DNA of 64,000 nucleotides, taken from assembly GCA_963702005.1 (NCBI GenBank), contig OY969696.1:768001-832000 (forward strand). Direction: 5' to 3'. A model generated the notes under the pieces. It saw only the letters and a program-made list of their open reading frames with translations. It had not been told where the DNA came from and did no database searches. The DNA is from Candidatus Aminicenantes bacterium (GTDB lineage Bacteria; Acidobacteriota; Aminicenantia; Aminicenantales; JAFGBC01). Positions 18,745-27,547 of this stretch are shown piece by piece (position 1 is the first letter of the stretch; each line of letters opens with the position of its first letter). The position numbers were made by a program, and so were the translations under genes.

Positions 18745-19649
18745 GGCTCCGCTCCTTGATGGGCGGGATGAAGGATAAGGACCAGCTCCTGAAATGTATC
18801 CACCAGGCGGGGACCGAACCGGCTCGCCTTGTTCTCGTCGAGAAAGCTCATCCGCCCCGCGGCCACGGCTCTCAGGTGCTTGAGCCTCGGCTCGGACCGG
18901 AACCAGCCGGCCGCGCGCTCGAAGTCCGCTCGGGTCTTGGCCAGGATGACGACGACGTCCGGGTCTTGATGGAGGATTTCCTCCCGGCCGAGGAGGACCC
19001 ACTTTTTGGCGATTCCGCCGGCGATGTTGACGCCGCCCGCCCTGCTAATGAGAGCGTCGAGGAAGCTCTCGCGGCCGCAGGTCCATAAGCCCTGGCCTTG
19101 AAGGCTCAGGAAGACCTTGGGCTTCTCGGCGAGACCGCGCAGGGGGGCTTCGATAGCCTTGATTCGGGCGTCGAGCGCCGCGCTGAGGGCGCGGGCGGCT
19201 TCCTCGCTTCCCGTGACGAGGCCGATCTTTCCGATCGTCTCGAGCAGGGATTCGAGCGAGGTCCCCGGCTCGAGGCTGAAGACGGGCAGGCCGAGGCTCC
19301 GCATCTTGCCGAGAGCCCGGACCGGATTCCCCCGGAAAGCCAGGATCAGGTCGGGCTTGAGGGCGCTGATCTTTTCGAGGCCGGGATCGACCAAGCCGCC
19401 GACCTTATCCTTAGTCAGGGCGCCGGCCGGATAATCGCAATAGCGGGTCACGCCGACGATCCGCTCCTCGAGGCCGAGCGCGAACAGGATCTCCGTGACG
19501 TTGGGGGCCAGCGAAATGATGCGCCGGGGCGGCGGCCCGATCGTCCATTCGCGGCCGAGGTCGTCTTTGATCGTTCGGGATTGGCTGGCGATGAAGGCCG
19601 ATGCCGCGAGCGCCAGGGCGGCCGGCCATCCTAACCTCTTCACTTGCAT
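18741..19649 (-). CDS. Cobalamin/iron-chelate ABC substrate-binding protein (BtuF-like)
   Basis: PRRIISLAPNVTEILFALG, VGVTRYCDYP and RFGPRL. Confidence 0.88.
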   Translation of the reverse strand: MQVKRLGWPAALALAASAFIASQSRTIKDDLGREWTIGPPPRRIISLAPNVTEILFALGLEERIVGVTRYCDYPAGALTKDKVGGLVDPGLEKISALKPDLILAFRGNPVRALGKMRSLGLPVFSLEPGTSLESLLETIGKIGLVTGSEEAARALSAALDARIKAIEAPLRGLAEKPKVFLSLQGQGLWTCGRESFLDALISRAGGVNIAGGIAKKWVLLGREEILHQDPDVVVILAKTRADFERAAGWFRSEPRLKHLRAVAAGRMSFLDENKASRFGPRLVDTFQELVLILHPAHQGAEP

Positions 19650-20440
19650 GGAGCGTCCTCTGCGGGCGGGATGAGCGAGACCTCGGGGAGCGAAGTCCGG
19701 GCGTTCCGTCGGACGTCGACCTCGGCCCCGAAGACGTCGCGGATGAGCTTGCGGGTGACGAGGCGGCGCGGCGGGCCCTGGGCGGCCAGGCGCCCGTCCT
19801 TGAGGAAGAGGAGGCGGTCCGAAAACAGGACGGCCAGGTTGATATTGTGCTCGGCGCAGAGAATGGCCGTCCCCTTCTCGCGCCGGAGCCGGCGCAGCAG
19901 GCTGTAGATCTCAAGTTGATAAGCGACATCGAGGTGGGTGCTGGGCTCGTCGAGGAGGAGGAGCGGGGCGTCCTGGGCCAGGGCCCGGGCGATATGGACG
20001 CGCTGCCGCTCGCCTCCGCTCAGCCATCCGATCGGCTTGTCGCGGAGGTGTCCGATCCGGGCCAGGTCCATGATCTCGTCCAGGAAGCGGGACTCCGCGG
20101 CCGAAACGCGGCCGAACCGGCCCAGGTGGGCGTAGCGGCCCATGAGGACGACCTCCTCGGCCGTGAAGGCGAACGATGCGTCGGGGAACTGGGGGACATA
20201 GGCGACGGAACGGGCCATCAGACGCGGGTTGAGCCGGGCCGCGTCGCGGCCCTCGATCGCGACCGAGCCCTCGACCCGCGGAATCAGGCGAAGGACGGCC
20301 TTGAGGAGAGTCGTCTTCCCCGATCCGTTCGGCCCCAGGACCGATACAAACTCGCCTTTCCCCAGCGCGAAGGAGACGTCCTTGACGACGGGGTTTTCGC
20401 CGTACCCCGCCCCGAGGCCGCGGACGTCGAGGATGGACAA
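19640..20440 (-). CDS. ABC ATPase (FepC/BtuD-like)
   Basis: Walker A GPNGSGKT, LSGGERQR and LLLDEP. Confidence 0.92.
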   Translation of the reverse strand: MSILDVRGLGAGYGENPVVKDVSFALGKGEFVSVLGPNGSGKTTLLKAVLRLIPRVEGSVAIEGRDAARLNPRLMARSVAYVPQFPDASFAFTAEEVVLMGRYAHLGRFGRVSAAESRFLDEIMDLARIGHLRDKPIGWLSGGERQRVHIARALAQDAPLLLLDEPSTHLDVAYQLEIYSLLRRLRREKGTAILCAEHNINLAVLFSDRLLFLKDGRLAAQGPPRRLVTRKLIRDVFGAEVDVRRNARTSLPEVSLIPPAEDAPCK

Positions 20441-20448
20441 GAGCGGGG

Positions 20449-21084
20449 TTATTCGTAAACTAAAATTTCGACCCTTCGGTTTAGAGCCCGGCCCTTGGCC
20501 GTGGCGTTGTCGGCGACCGGAGCGGTGCTGCCGAAACTGATGATTTCCATTCTGTGGAGGGGAATATGGTGCTTCTTGTAGAGATATTCCTTCACGGCTT
20601 CGGCCCGCTTCTGGCCCAGGATCAGATTCCAGTCTGCGTCTCCGGTGCTGTCCGTGTGGCCCTGGATCTCGAGATAGACGCCCTTGTTTTCGGCGATGAG
20701 GGCGGCGACGAATCGATCCAGCGTCGCCTGGGTTTCGGGGCCCAGCGCGTAGCTGTCGAACCCGAAATTGGCCCCCTTGCTTCGGTCCGTCTCGCGGAGG
20801 ATAAGCGTTCCCCGCACCGATTTTTTGATCTCGTCGATCTGGCCGTCCACGGCTTTAAGCCGCGAATCCTGCTGGGCGATCGCTTCCCCGATCGTGACCA
20901 GCTTCTCGTCGTGTTCCTTGATCCTCTTCTGATTCTCCTCGACCGCCTGCTCGACACCCTCGACCTTCTTGTCCAGGGGCACCATCTCTCCCCGGACGAA
21001 TTTTCTGGAAGCGCAGCCTGTCCCCAGGAGCAGGCCCGCGACCAGCGCGATTCCCAGGAGATAAGCCAGTCTTTTGTGATTCAT
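20449..21084 (-). CDS. OmpA-family lipoprotein
   Basis: Lipobox GTGC; coiled coil; EIQGHTDSTG, N..LG.KRA and NRRVEI. Confidence 0.88.
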   Translation of the reverse strand: MNHKRLAYLLGIALVAGLLLGTGCASRKFVRGEMVPLDKKVEGVEQAVEENQKRIKEHDEKLVTIGEAIAQQDSRLKAVDGQIDEIKKSVRGTLILRETDRSKGANFGFDSYALGPETQATLDRFVAALIAENKGVYLEIQGHTDSTGDADWNLILGQKRAEAVKEYLYKKHHIPLHRMEIISFGSTAPVADNATAKGRALNRRVEILVYE

Positions 21085-21170
21085 GTCATCCTCCCGTCGT
21101 AATTAAAAAGGCCCTTTCAAGAAGCTTTATCATAATCCACTCCGCCGGCGATGTACAGCCCGGCCGGCCC

Positions 21171-22145
21171 TCAATACCCTTCCCGGGTCCTGACCCGATA
21201 ATTCTTTTTGGGCGTCGTGACCCGGATGTGCCGGTATTCATCGGTCACGTTCTTGTAGGACGTATAGCCGATGATGTAATGATGGCCCAACTCAGTCTTG
21301 ATCTCGCCCAAGACCGTCATCAGCTCCTCCGGACTCCGGACGAAGTAGGCCTTCCCGCCGGTCGCGCGCGAGAATCGCTCCAGCGAGCCCGCGATCCCCG
21401 CCGGCGTCGCGGTCGATCCCTTCTTGAGCTTTCGCAGGTCCTCGTCGCTGAGGGGGATTTTATAGCCGATCGTGTAGATGGGCACATCGACGCGGCGCGC
21501 AACCTCCAGGGCCTGCTCCGGCGAGTACTGGCTGTCGTTTTCGACCCCGTCGGTCAGGAGAATGAGGGCCCGTTTCTCGTACCGGCCCCTGTTGGCGTAT
21601 TCGGGCGAGACCCCGACGGCGTCGTTCAAAGCCGTTTTACCGTAGGGCTCGGTCTTTTCGAGGACGGTCCAGATCTCGTTCTTCCGGATGGTGTGGGGAG
21701 CGGCTACTTCGACCGCCCCGTCGGCGAAGATGAGCAGGGAAGCCTCGTCCTGGGGGATCAGGGTCGAGAGCAGGAAGGGACGGAGACAGGATTTGATCTC
21801 GGCCAGCTTGTCCTGGACGGCCATGCTTCCGCTGACGTCGAGGAGGAAGGTCAGGCTGACGGGCGCGTTGAAGTCGTGCCGGAAGTAAGTCAGCGCCCGG
21901 GGCTTGTTGTTCTCGAAGACGGCGAAATCCTTAGCGGTCAGGTCGTTGATGTACCCTCCGCCCTTGTTCTGGACGGTGACGGCGATCGTGATGGCGATGA
22001 CCGAGATATCGACCGACGCGTCTTGTTTTTGCGTCTCCTGTTTAGCGTCCTGCTGCAAGGATGGACGAGGGCCCGCGCCGGCCATAACGGCATAAAGACA
22101 CAGGGCGGCAAGGATAACAAGGGCGATCCGGCCTTTCATTTCCAT
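21171..22145 (-). CDS. VWA-domain protein (Acidobacterial VWFA type)
   Basis: MIDAS motif DVSGS, TALNDAV, LLTDG and C-terminal VRTREGY. Confidence 0.85.
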   Translation of the reverse strand: MEMKGRIALVILAALCLYAVMAGAGPRPSLQQDAKQETQKQDASVDISVIAITIAVTVQNKGGGYINDLTAKDFAVFENNKPRALTYFRHDFNAPVSLTFLLDVSGSMAVQDKLAEIKSCLRPFLLSTLIPQDEASLLIFADGAVEVAAPHTIRKNEIWTVLEKTEPYGKTALNDAVGVSPEYANRGRYEKRALILLTDGVENDSQYSPEQALEVARRVDVPIYTIGYKIPLSDEDLRKLKKGSTATPAGIAGSLERFSRATGGKAYFVRSPEELMTVLGEIKTELGHHYIIGYTSYKNVTDEYRHIRVTTPKKNYRVRTREGY

Positions 22146-22302
22146 CCCCTTTTTATTGTTGTTCGGACTCGGACGGATGTCAATGCGGTTCGGAACCGGG
22201 AAAGCGGCCGGCGACGCCGCCGACGCCGGAATTGACCCGTTCGCCGACGCTCAGGGTCAACTCTATACAAGCCCTGGCCTTAAGGCCAGGGGAGTTGAGA
22301 GT

Positions 22303-22331
22303 TTGACAATTCTCCCCGTTGAATCTAAGAT
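22303..22331 (+). promoter_or_regulatory. Putative sigma70 promoter of the leuS operon
   Basis: TTGACA-N17-TAAGAT. Confidence 0.55.
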
Positions 22332-22368
22332 AAATGATTGATTTTGCGTCAACGGGCAAGTACAACTC

Positions 22369-24867
22369 ATGGACAACACTAAGAAGACCGAATTTTACGA
22401 TGTCCAGGCCGTCGAGGCCAAGTGGCGGAAGGCCTGGAGCGACACGGCGGCCTTCCGTGTGAGCGAGGACCCCGCCAAGCCGAAGTTCTACTGCCTCGAG
22501 ATGTATCCTTACCCCTCCGGCTACATCCATATGGGGCACGTCCGCAACTACACGATCGGCGACGTCATCTCCCGGTTCAAGGTCATGAAGGGTTTCAACG
22601 TCCTCCATCCGATCGGCTGGGACGCCCTGGGCATGCCGGCCGAAAACGCCGCCATCAAGCGAGGCGTCCATCCCCGGACCTGGACCCTGGAGAACGTCGC
22701 CCACATGAAGATCCAGCTCCAGCGGCTGGGGATCTCCTACGACTGGTCGCGGGAGGTCAACACCTGCCTTCCCGACTACTACAAATGGAACCAGTGGATC
22801 TTCCTCAAGATGTTCGAGAAGGGGCTGGCTTTCCGCAAGGAGAGCCGGGTCAACTGGTGCCCCCAGTGTCAAACCGTCTTGGCCAACGAGCAGGTCGTGG
22901 CCGAGGGCTGCTGGCGCTGCGAAACGAAGGTCGCCCAGAAGAAGATGGAGCAGTGGTTCCTCAAGATCACGGACTACGCCGAGGAGCTGCTGACCGGCCA
23001 CGCCCTCCTGGCCAAGTGGCCCGAGCACGTCCTGCTCATGCAGAAAAACTGGATCGGAAAGAGCTTCGGGAGCCTCGTCTCATTTCCGTTGGCCGGGGGC
23101 GGGCGCCCGATAGACGTCTTCACAACCCGGATCGACACCATCTACGGCGCGACCTTCCTCGTCCTGGCCGCCGAGCACCCGATGACGACCCAGCTCGTCG
23201 CCCGCTCGCCGCGCCGCCAGGAGCTCCAGGCCTGGGTATCCCGAGTCATCGCTCAATCCCGCTTCAAGAGGGACGACGCGCCCGAGGAGAAGGAAGGGAT
23301 CGACACCGGCGCCAAGGTCGTCAACCCCTTCACCGGCCGCAAGATTCCGGTCTGGCTGGCGAACTACGTCCTGATGGATTACGGGACGGGCGCCATCATG
23401 GCCGTGCCGGCCCACGACCAGCGGGATCACGAATTCGCCCTCAAGTACGGTCTCGACATCAAGACCGTCATCCTGCCCGAGAAGGACCGGGACGAAGCCG
23501 TCGAGCCGGGCAAGTCCTTCGAGGAATGGGGCGTCCTGGCCGACTCCGGCGAATTCTCCGGCCTCCGCTCGGCCGAGGCCATCGAGCGCATGAACCGCCG
23601 GGCCGAGGCGCAAGGGTTCGGCAAGCAAAATGTCATCTACCGGCTCCGCGATTGGGGGATTTCGCGCCAGCGCTACTGGGGGACGCCCATTCCGATCATC
23701 TTTTGCCCCGCCTGCGGCGCCGTCGGCGTTCCCTACCAGGATCTTCCGGTCGAGCTTCCCTTCGACGTGCCGTTCACGGGCGAAGAAGGCTCGCCCCTGG
23801 ATAAGGTTTCGGCCTTCGTCCGGACGACCTGCCCCAAATGCGGCGGAGCGGCCCGGCGCGAGACGGACACCATGGACACCTTCGTGGACTCCTCCTGGTA
23901 CTTTTTCCGTTACACCTCGCCGGAGCGGACCGACCTCCCCTTCGCCCCGGAAGCGGCCCGCTACTGGATGCCCGTCGACCTCTACATCGGCGGCGTCGAG
24001 CACGCCATCCTCCATCTCATCTATGCCCGGTTCTTCACCAAGTTCCTCCGCGACCTGGGCCTGACTTCCGTCGATGAACCCTTCCCGCACTACCTTGCCC
24101 AGGGCATGGTCACCAAGGAAGGCTGGGCCATGTCCAAATCGAAGGGGAACGTCGTCGATCCGGACGAGATTATCCAGGCCTACGGCGCGGACGCCCTCCG
24201 CCTCTTCATCCTGTTCGCCTCGCCGCCCGAGAAGGAATTCGCTTGGACCCAGGAGGGGGTAGAAGGCTGCCACCGCTTCCTGAACCGGATTTGGAGCCTC
24301 TTTCTGGAAAACCGGGATCTCTTCGACCCGAAGACCGCGCCGGCCCCGCTCGACCCGGCCGCGGCCGGACGGTTTCCGCTGGCCCGAAAGGTCCACCAGA
24401 CCATTCGCAAGGTCGGAGACGACATCGGAGTCCGCTTCCACCTCAACACGGCCATCTCGTCCATCATGGAGCTCACCAACCAGATCCGGAAGGACCGGGA
24501 AGGCCTCCTCGCCGACGCCGCGGGGCGGGCCGTCCTGAGGCAGGCCCTGGAAATGCTCGCTCTCCTTCTCGGGCCGTTCGCCCCCCACCTCGGCGAAGAG
24601 ATCTGGAGCCGGATGGGCCGCGGCGGGCTGCTGTTCCGGGCGGCCTGGCCGGCCTACGACCCCGAGCTGGCCCGGGACGAGCTGATGACGATCGTCGTCC
24701 AGGTCAACGGCAAGCTCCGGGACAAATTCGAGGCGGCGCCCGACCTGGCCGAGGAAGCGCTCATGAAGGAAGCTCTGGCCCTGGACCGGATCAAAGAATT
24801 TCTGGGCGGGCGGGCTCCCCGCAAGGTCATCGCCGTCAAAAACAGGCTCGTCAATATCGTCGTATAA
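22369..24867 (+). CDS. leuS: Leucine--tRNA ligase
   Basis: PYPSG.IHMGH (HIGH), CP1 GTGAIMAVPAHDQRD and AMSKSKGN (KMSKS). Confidence 0.98.
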   Translation: MDNTKKTEFYDVQAVEAKWRKAWSDTAAFRVSEDPAKPKFYCLEMYPYPSGYIHMGHVRNYTIGDVISRFKVMKGFNVLHPIGWDALGMPAENAAIKRGVHPRTWTLENVAHMKIQLQRLGISYDWSREVNTCLPDYYKWNQWIFLKMFEKGLAFRKESRVNWCPQCQTVLANEQVVAEGCWRCETKVAQKKMEQWFLKITDYAEELLTGHALLAKWPEHVLLMQKNWIGKSFGSLVSFPLAGGGRPIDVFTTRIDTIYGATFLVLAAEHPMTTQLVARSPRRQELQAWVSRVIAQSRFKRDDAPEEKEGIDTGAKVVNPFTGRKIPVWLANYVLMDYGTGAIMAVPAHDQRDHEFALKYGLDIKTVILPEKDRDEAVEPGKSFEEWGVLADSGEFSGLRSAEAIERMNRRAEAQGFGKQNVIYRLRDWGISRQRYWGTPIPIIFCPACGAVGVPYQDLPVELPFDVPFTGEEGSPLDKVSAFVRTTCPKCGGAARRETDTMDTFVDSSWYFFRYTSPERTDLPFAPEAARYWMPVDLYIGGVEHAILHLIYARFFTKFLRDLGLTSVDEPFPHYLAQGMVTKEGWAMSKSKGNVVDPDEIIQAYGADALRLFILFASPPEKEFAWTQEGVEGCHRFLNRIWSLFLENRDLFDPKTAPAPLDPAAAGRFPLARKVHQTIRKVGDDIGVRFHLNTAISSIMELTNQIRKDREGLLADAAGRAVLRQALEMLALLLGPFAPHLGEEIWSRMGRGGLLFRAAWPAYDPELARDELMTIVVQVNGKLRDKFEAAPDLAEEALMKEALALDRIKEFLGGRAPRKVIAVKNRLVNIVV

Positions 24868-24883
24868 GGAGTCGGCCGCAGTC

Positions 24884-25396
24884 ATGAAGACGAAACTCCC
24901 GCTTATCCTGGTCCTGTGCGCCTTCGCCGCCGGCTGCGGCTACGGCCTGCGCGGGACCGGGACCTTCCTCCCGCCCCACATCAAGACGGTCTGCGTCCCG
25001 ATGTTCAAGAACGAGACGACCCGCTTCCAGCTCGACCTCAAGCTGACCCAGGCCGTCATCAACGAGTTTGTCTCCCGGAGCAAGGTCTCCATCACGGCCG
25101 ACGACACGAAAGCCGACGCCGTGCTGATGGGCGACGTCCAGACCTTCGTCGTCCGGCCGATCGCCCTTTCCAGCCAGGGCGGAGCCGACCGCTACAACAT
25201 CACCGTCATCGCCCGGATCGTCCTCCGCGACAAGGTCAAGAACCGGATCATCTTCGCCAACCCCTCCTTCATGTACATCGGGGAATACGAGGTTTCCGAG
25301 GGCGCCGACTTCGAGTCCCAGGAGACCGAGGCCATCGACCAGATCGCCGAGAAGTTCGCCCGAAGCCTGGTCATGACTATGCTCGAAGGATTCTAA
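24884..25396 (+). CDS. lptE: LPS assembly lipoprotein LptE
   Basis: Lipobox AGC-GYGLRG; conserved leuS-lptE-holA order. Confidence 0.85.
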   Translation: MKTKLPLILVLCAFAAGCGYGLRGTGTFLPPHIKTVCVPMFKNETTRFQLDLKLTQAVINEFVSRSKVSITADDTKADAVLMGDVQTFVVRPIALSSQGGADRYNITVIARIVLRDKVKNRIIFANPSFMYIGEYEVSEGADFESQETEAIDQIAEKFARSLVMTMLEGF

Positions 25397-25400
25397 AGCC

Positions 25401-26543
25401 GTGCCCGGCGATTCGTTCGGCCCCGACCTCGACGCGGCCGTCCTCGCTCCCTGCTACCTGTTCTACGGCGAGGAAACCTTCCAAGCCCTGGAATTCATCG
25501 ACCGGGTCCGGGAGCGCCTCTTTGCCGGCCGGTCCGTCGAATTCGGAATCGAGCGCTTTTACATCCCGGAGACGGGCTGGCGCGAAGTCGTCGATTCGGC
25601 GCGAACGACGGCGTCCCTGTTCGCGGACTGGCGCGTTCTCGTCGTCAAGGTCGAGGCCAAGCGGTCCAAGGCGGAGGACGAGGAAGACCAGGCGGGCCGG
25701 GAAGTCCGCCGCGCCAAGGGAGGCGAGGAAGTGCTCAAGGACTATCTGGCCGCGCCCTCCGACCGGACCGTCCTCGTCATCGTCCTGGCCGGCCCGGTCA
25801 AAAAATCCCATCCGCTCGTCAAGCTCCTGTCGGCATTCCCGGCGACGACCGTCGTGGTTCGGGAGGCCAAGCCCTTCAAAGAGCGTGAGGCCAAGCCCTG
25901 GGTCGAGGAACGGGCGGCCCGGCTCGGAAAGCGGATCGAGCCCGAGGCCCGGGACCGGCTCGTCGAGGTCACGGGTTGCGACGCGGCCGTCCTGGCCGGC
26001 GAGATCGAAAAGCTGGCCCTGTTCACGGATGAGCGGAGGGTCATCAAGCTCGATGATATCGAGCGTCTCTCGGGCTGGGTCAAGTCCTTCGAGGGCTATG
26101 AAATAGAGAATGCCCTCCTGGCGGCCGACGTCCGGCAGGCTGTCGTCATCTTGGACCGGCTTTTCCGGGACGGTCACCGGGCGGAGGCGATCGTGGGCCA
26201 GATGGCGCGGTTCGTCCGGGATCTGCTCATGGCCAAGCTCAAGCTCCGCGAGGGCAGGACACGCAAAGAGATCTTCGCCGAACTCAAGCCCCACATCTCG
26301 GCTTCTTATATAAAGCTCTACGAGGAGATATCCGGCAGATTATTCGGGCTCGTGGAGCGTTTGTCCTTCGACGACCTGCGCGGCCTTCTGGCCGGCTTGC
26401 GCCGAATCGACGAGAGGATCAAGACCTCGGACAGCTCTCCCCAGGCGCTGTTGGAGAGGTTCGTGGTTGAGTACGCCGCGGCGGCCGAACGGCGGGGGAT
26501 TATTTTCCCGGGGCGGCGTTCAGGAGCTCGACCTGCCGGCTGA
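25401..26543 (+). CDS. holA: DNA polymerase III delta subunit
   Basis: YLFYGEE, SLF and EIEKL motifs, ID..IKT; synteny. Confidence 0.88.
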   Translation: MPGDSFGPDLDAAVLAPCYLFYGEETFQALEFIDRVRERLFAGRSVEFGIERFYIPETGWREVVDSARTTASLFADWRVLVVKVEAKRSKAEDEEDQAGREVRRAKGGEEVLKDYLAAPSDRTVLVIVLAGPVKKSHPLVKLLSAFPATTVVVREAKPFKEREAKPWVEERAARLGKRIEPEARDRLVEVTGCDAAVLAGEIEKLALFTDERRVIKLDDIERLSGWVKSFEGYEIENALLAADVRQAVVILDRLFRDGHRAEAIVGQMARFVRDLLMAKLKLREGRTRKEIFAELKPHISASYIKLYEEISGRLFGLVERLSFDDLRGLLAGLRRIDERIKTSDSSPQALLERFVVEYAAAAERRGIIFPGRRSGARPAG

Positions 26544-26778
26544 GACGGGACTTGGTACGGCTGCCCGTATTGGCGTGGATGGTCTTTTTCTTGACGGCCA
26601 TGTCGATCGTCGAAAAGGTCTTGGGAAGGAGAGCCCGGCTCTTGTCCTTGTCCTTGGCCTGTATCGCTTCGCGGAGCTTGCGGATTTGAGTCCGCAGGGC
26701 CGAGGTGTTGCTCTGGTTGACGGCTTTGCGACGGAGGCTGCGCTTGTGCTGCCGGATCGCGGATTTGTGTCGGACCAT
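26500..26778 (-). CDS. rpsT: 30S ribosomal protein S20
   Basis: HKSAIR and IHANTGSRTKSRL; upstream TTGACA-N17-TATCAT promoter at 26831-26803. Confidence 0.95.
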   Translation of the reverse strand: MVRHKSAIRQHKRSLRRKAVNQSNTSALRTQIRKLREAIQAKDKDKSRALLPKTFSTIDMAVKKKTIHANTGSRTKSRLSRQVELLNAAPGK

Positions 26779-26890
26779 CTGTCTCTCCTTTGGGAAAGCC
26801 GTATGATAGAATACAAACCTTCTGATGTCAACAGCTTCGACGCTGCGTGGAAGCCAGCTTAGATGTTAGAAGGTAATAGCGCGTTTTAAG

Positions 26891-27045
26891 GTCGAGCGAG
26901 GGGTGCTGGGGTGAAGAGGCCCTACGAAGGGTCGAGCGGGCATGGTTCCGCAAAGCGGAGAGCGAGACCCGCAGTGGGAGCGGGTTTGACTCGCTGGGGC
27001 AAACACGCGTCCTCTGAGCCCCACGCCCCGAGCGAGCCCGAGGCG
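26891..27045. other. Structured intergenic element (REP-like or ncRNA candidate)
   Basis: Long-range pairing of 26900-26919 with 27011-27029, enclosing hairpins CCCT-ACGA-AGGG, TCCGC-AAA-GCGGA and AGACCCGC...GCGGGTTT. Confidence 0.45.
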
Positions 27046-27068
27046 CGGATGAGAGGCGAGGAGCGGCC

Positions 27069-27518
27069 ATGAAAATCGTCCTACAAAGGGTCAAAGAAGC
27101 ATGGGTCAGCGTCGAGGGCCGCGAGGTCGGCCGGATCGGCCGCGGCATCTGCCTGCTGGTGGCCGTCGAGAAGGGAGACACGCCCGCGGACGCGGCGTTC
27201 CTGGCCCGGAAGGCCGTCGAGCTCAGGGTCTTCCCCGACGCCGAGGGGAAGATGAACCTCGGCCTGGCCGAGGCGGGCGGCGAGGTCCTGGCCGTCTCCC
27301 AGTTCACCCTGGCCGCCTCGGTCCGCAAGGGACGCCGGCCGAGCTTCGACGGGGCCGCCGATCCCGTTCCGGCCGAGGTCCTGTTCGATGAGTTCGTCCG
27401 GGCCGTGAGAGAGGCCGGCTTCAGGATCGAGACCGGGATCTTCCAGGCCGTGATGGAGGTCCACATCGTCAACGACGGCCCGGTGACGTTCATTCTCGAT
27501 TCCCGGGCGAAGGAGTAG
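27069..27518 (+). CDS. dtd: D-aminoacyl-tRNA deacylase
   Basis: [14 protein letters not shown] and NDGPVT. Confidence 0.97.
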   Translation: MKIVLQRVKEAWVSVEGREVGRIGRGICLLVAVEKGDTPADAAFLARKAVELRVFPDAEGKMNLGLAEAGGEVLAVSQFTLAASVRKGRRPSFDGAADPVPAEVLFDEFVRAVREAGFRIETGIFQAVMEVHIVNDGPVTFILDSRAKE

Positions 27519-27547
27519 GGCGCGCCGGTCAAATCGGAAGTTCCTCC

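Noticed and set aside
20440-22300. Cobalamin riboswitch for the Btu-like operon
   Set aside because: The ATPase gene directly follows ompA, and no B12-box-like sequence was seen in nearby intergenic regions.
26500-26543. 44-nt convergent overlap of holA and rpsT
   Set aside because: It is a short, low-complexity C-terminal extension of HolA; this arrangement is common and has no evident significance.
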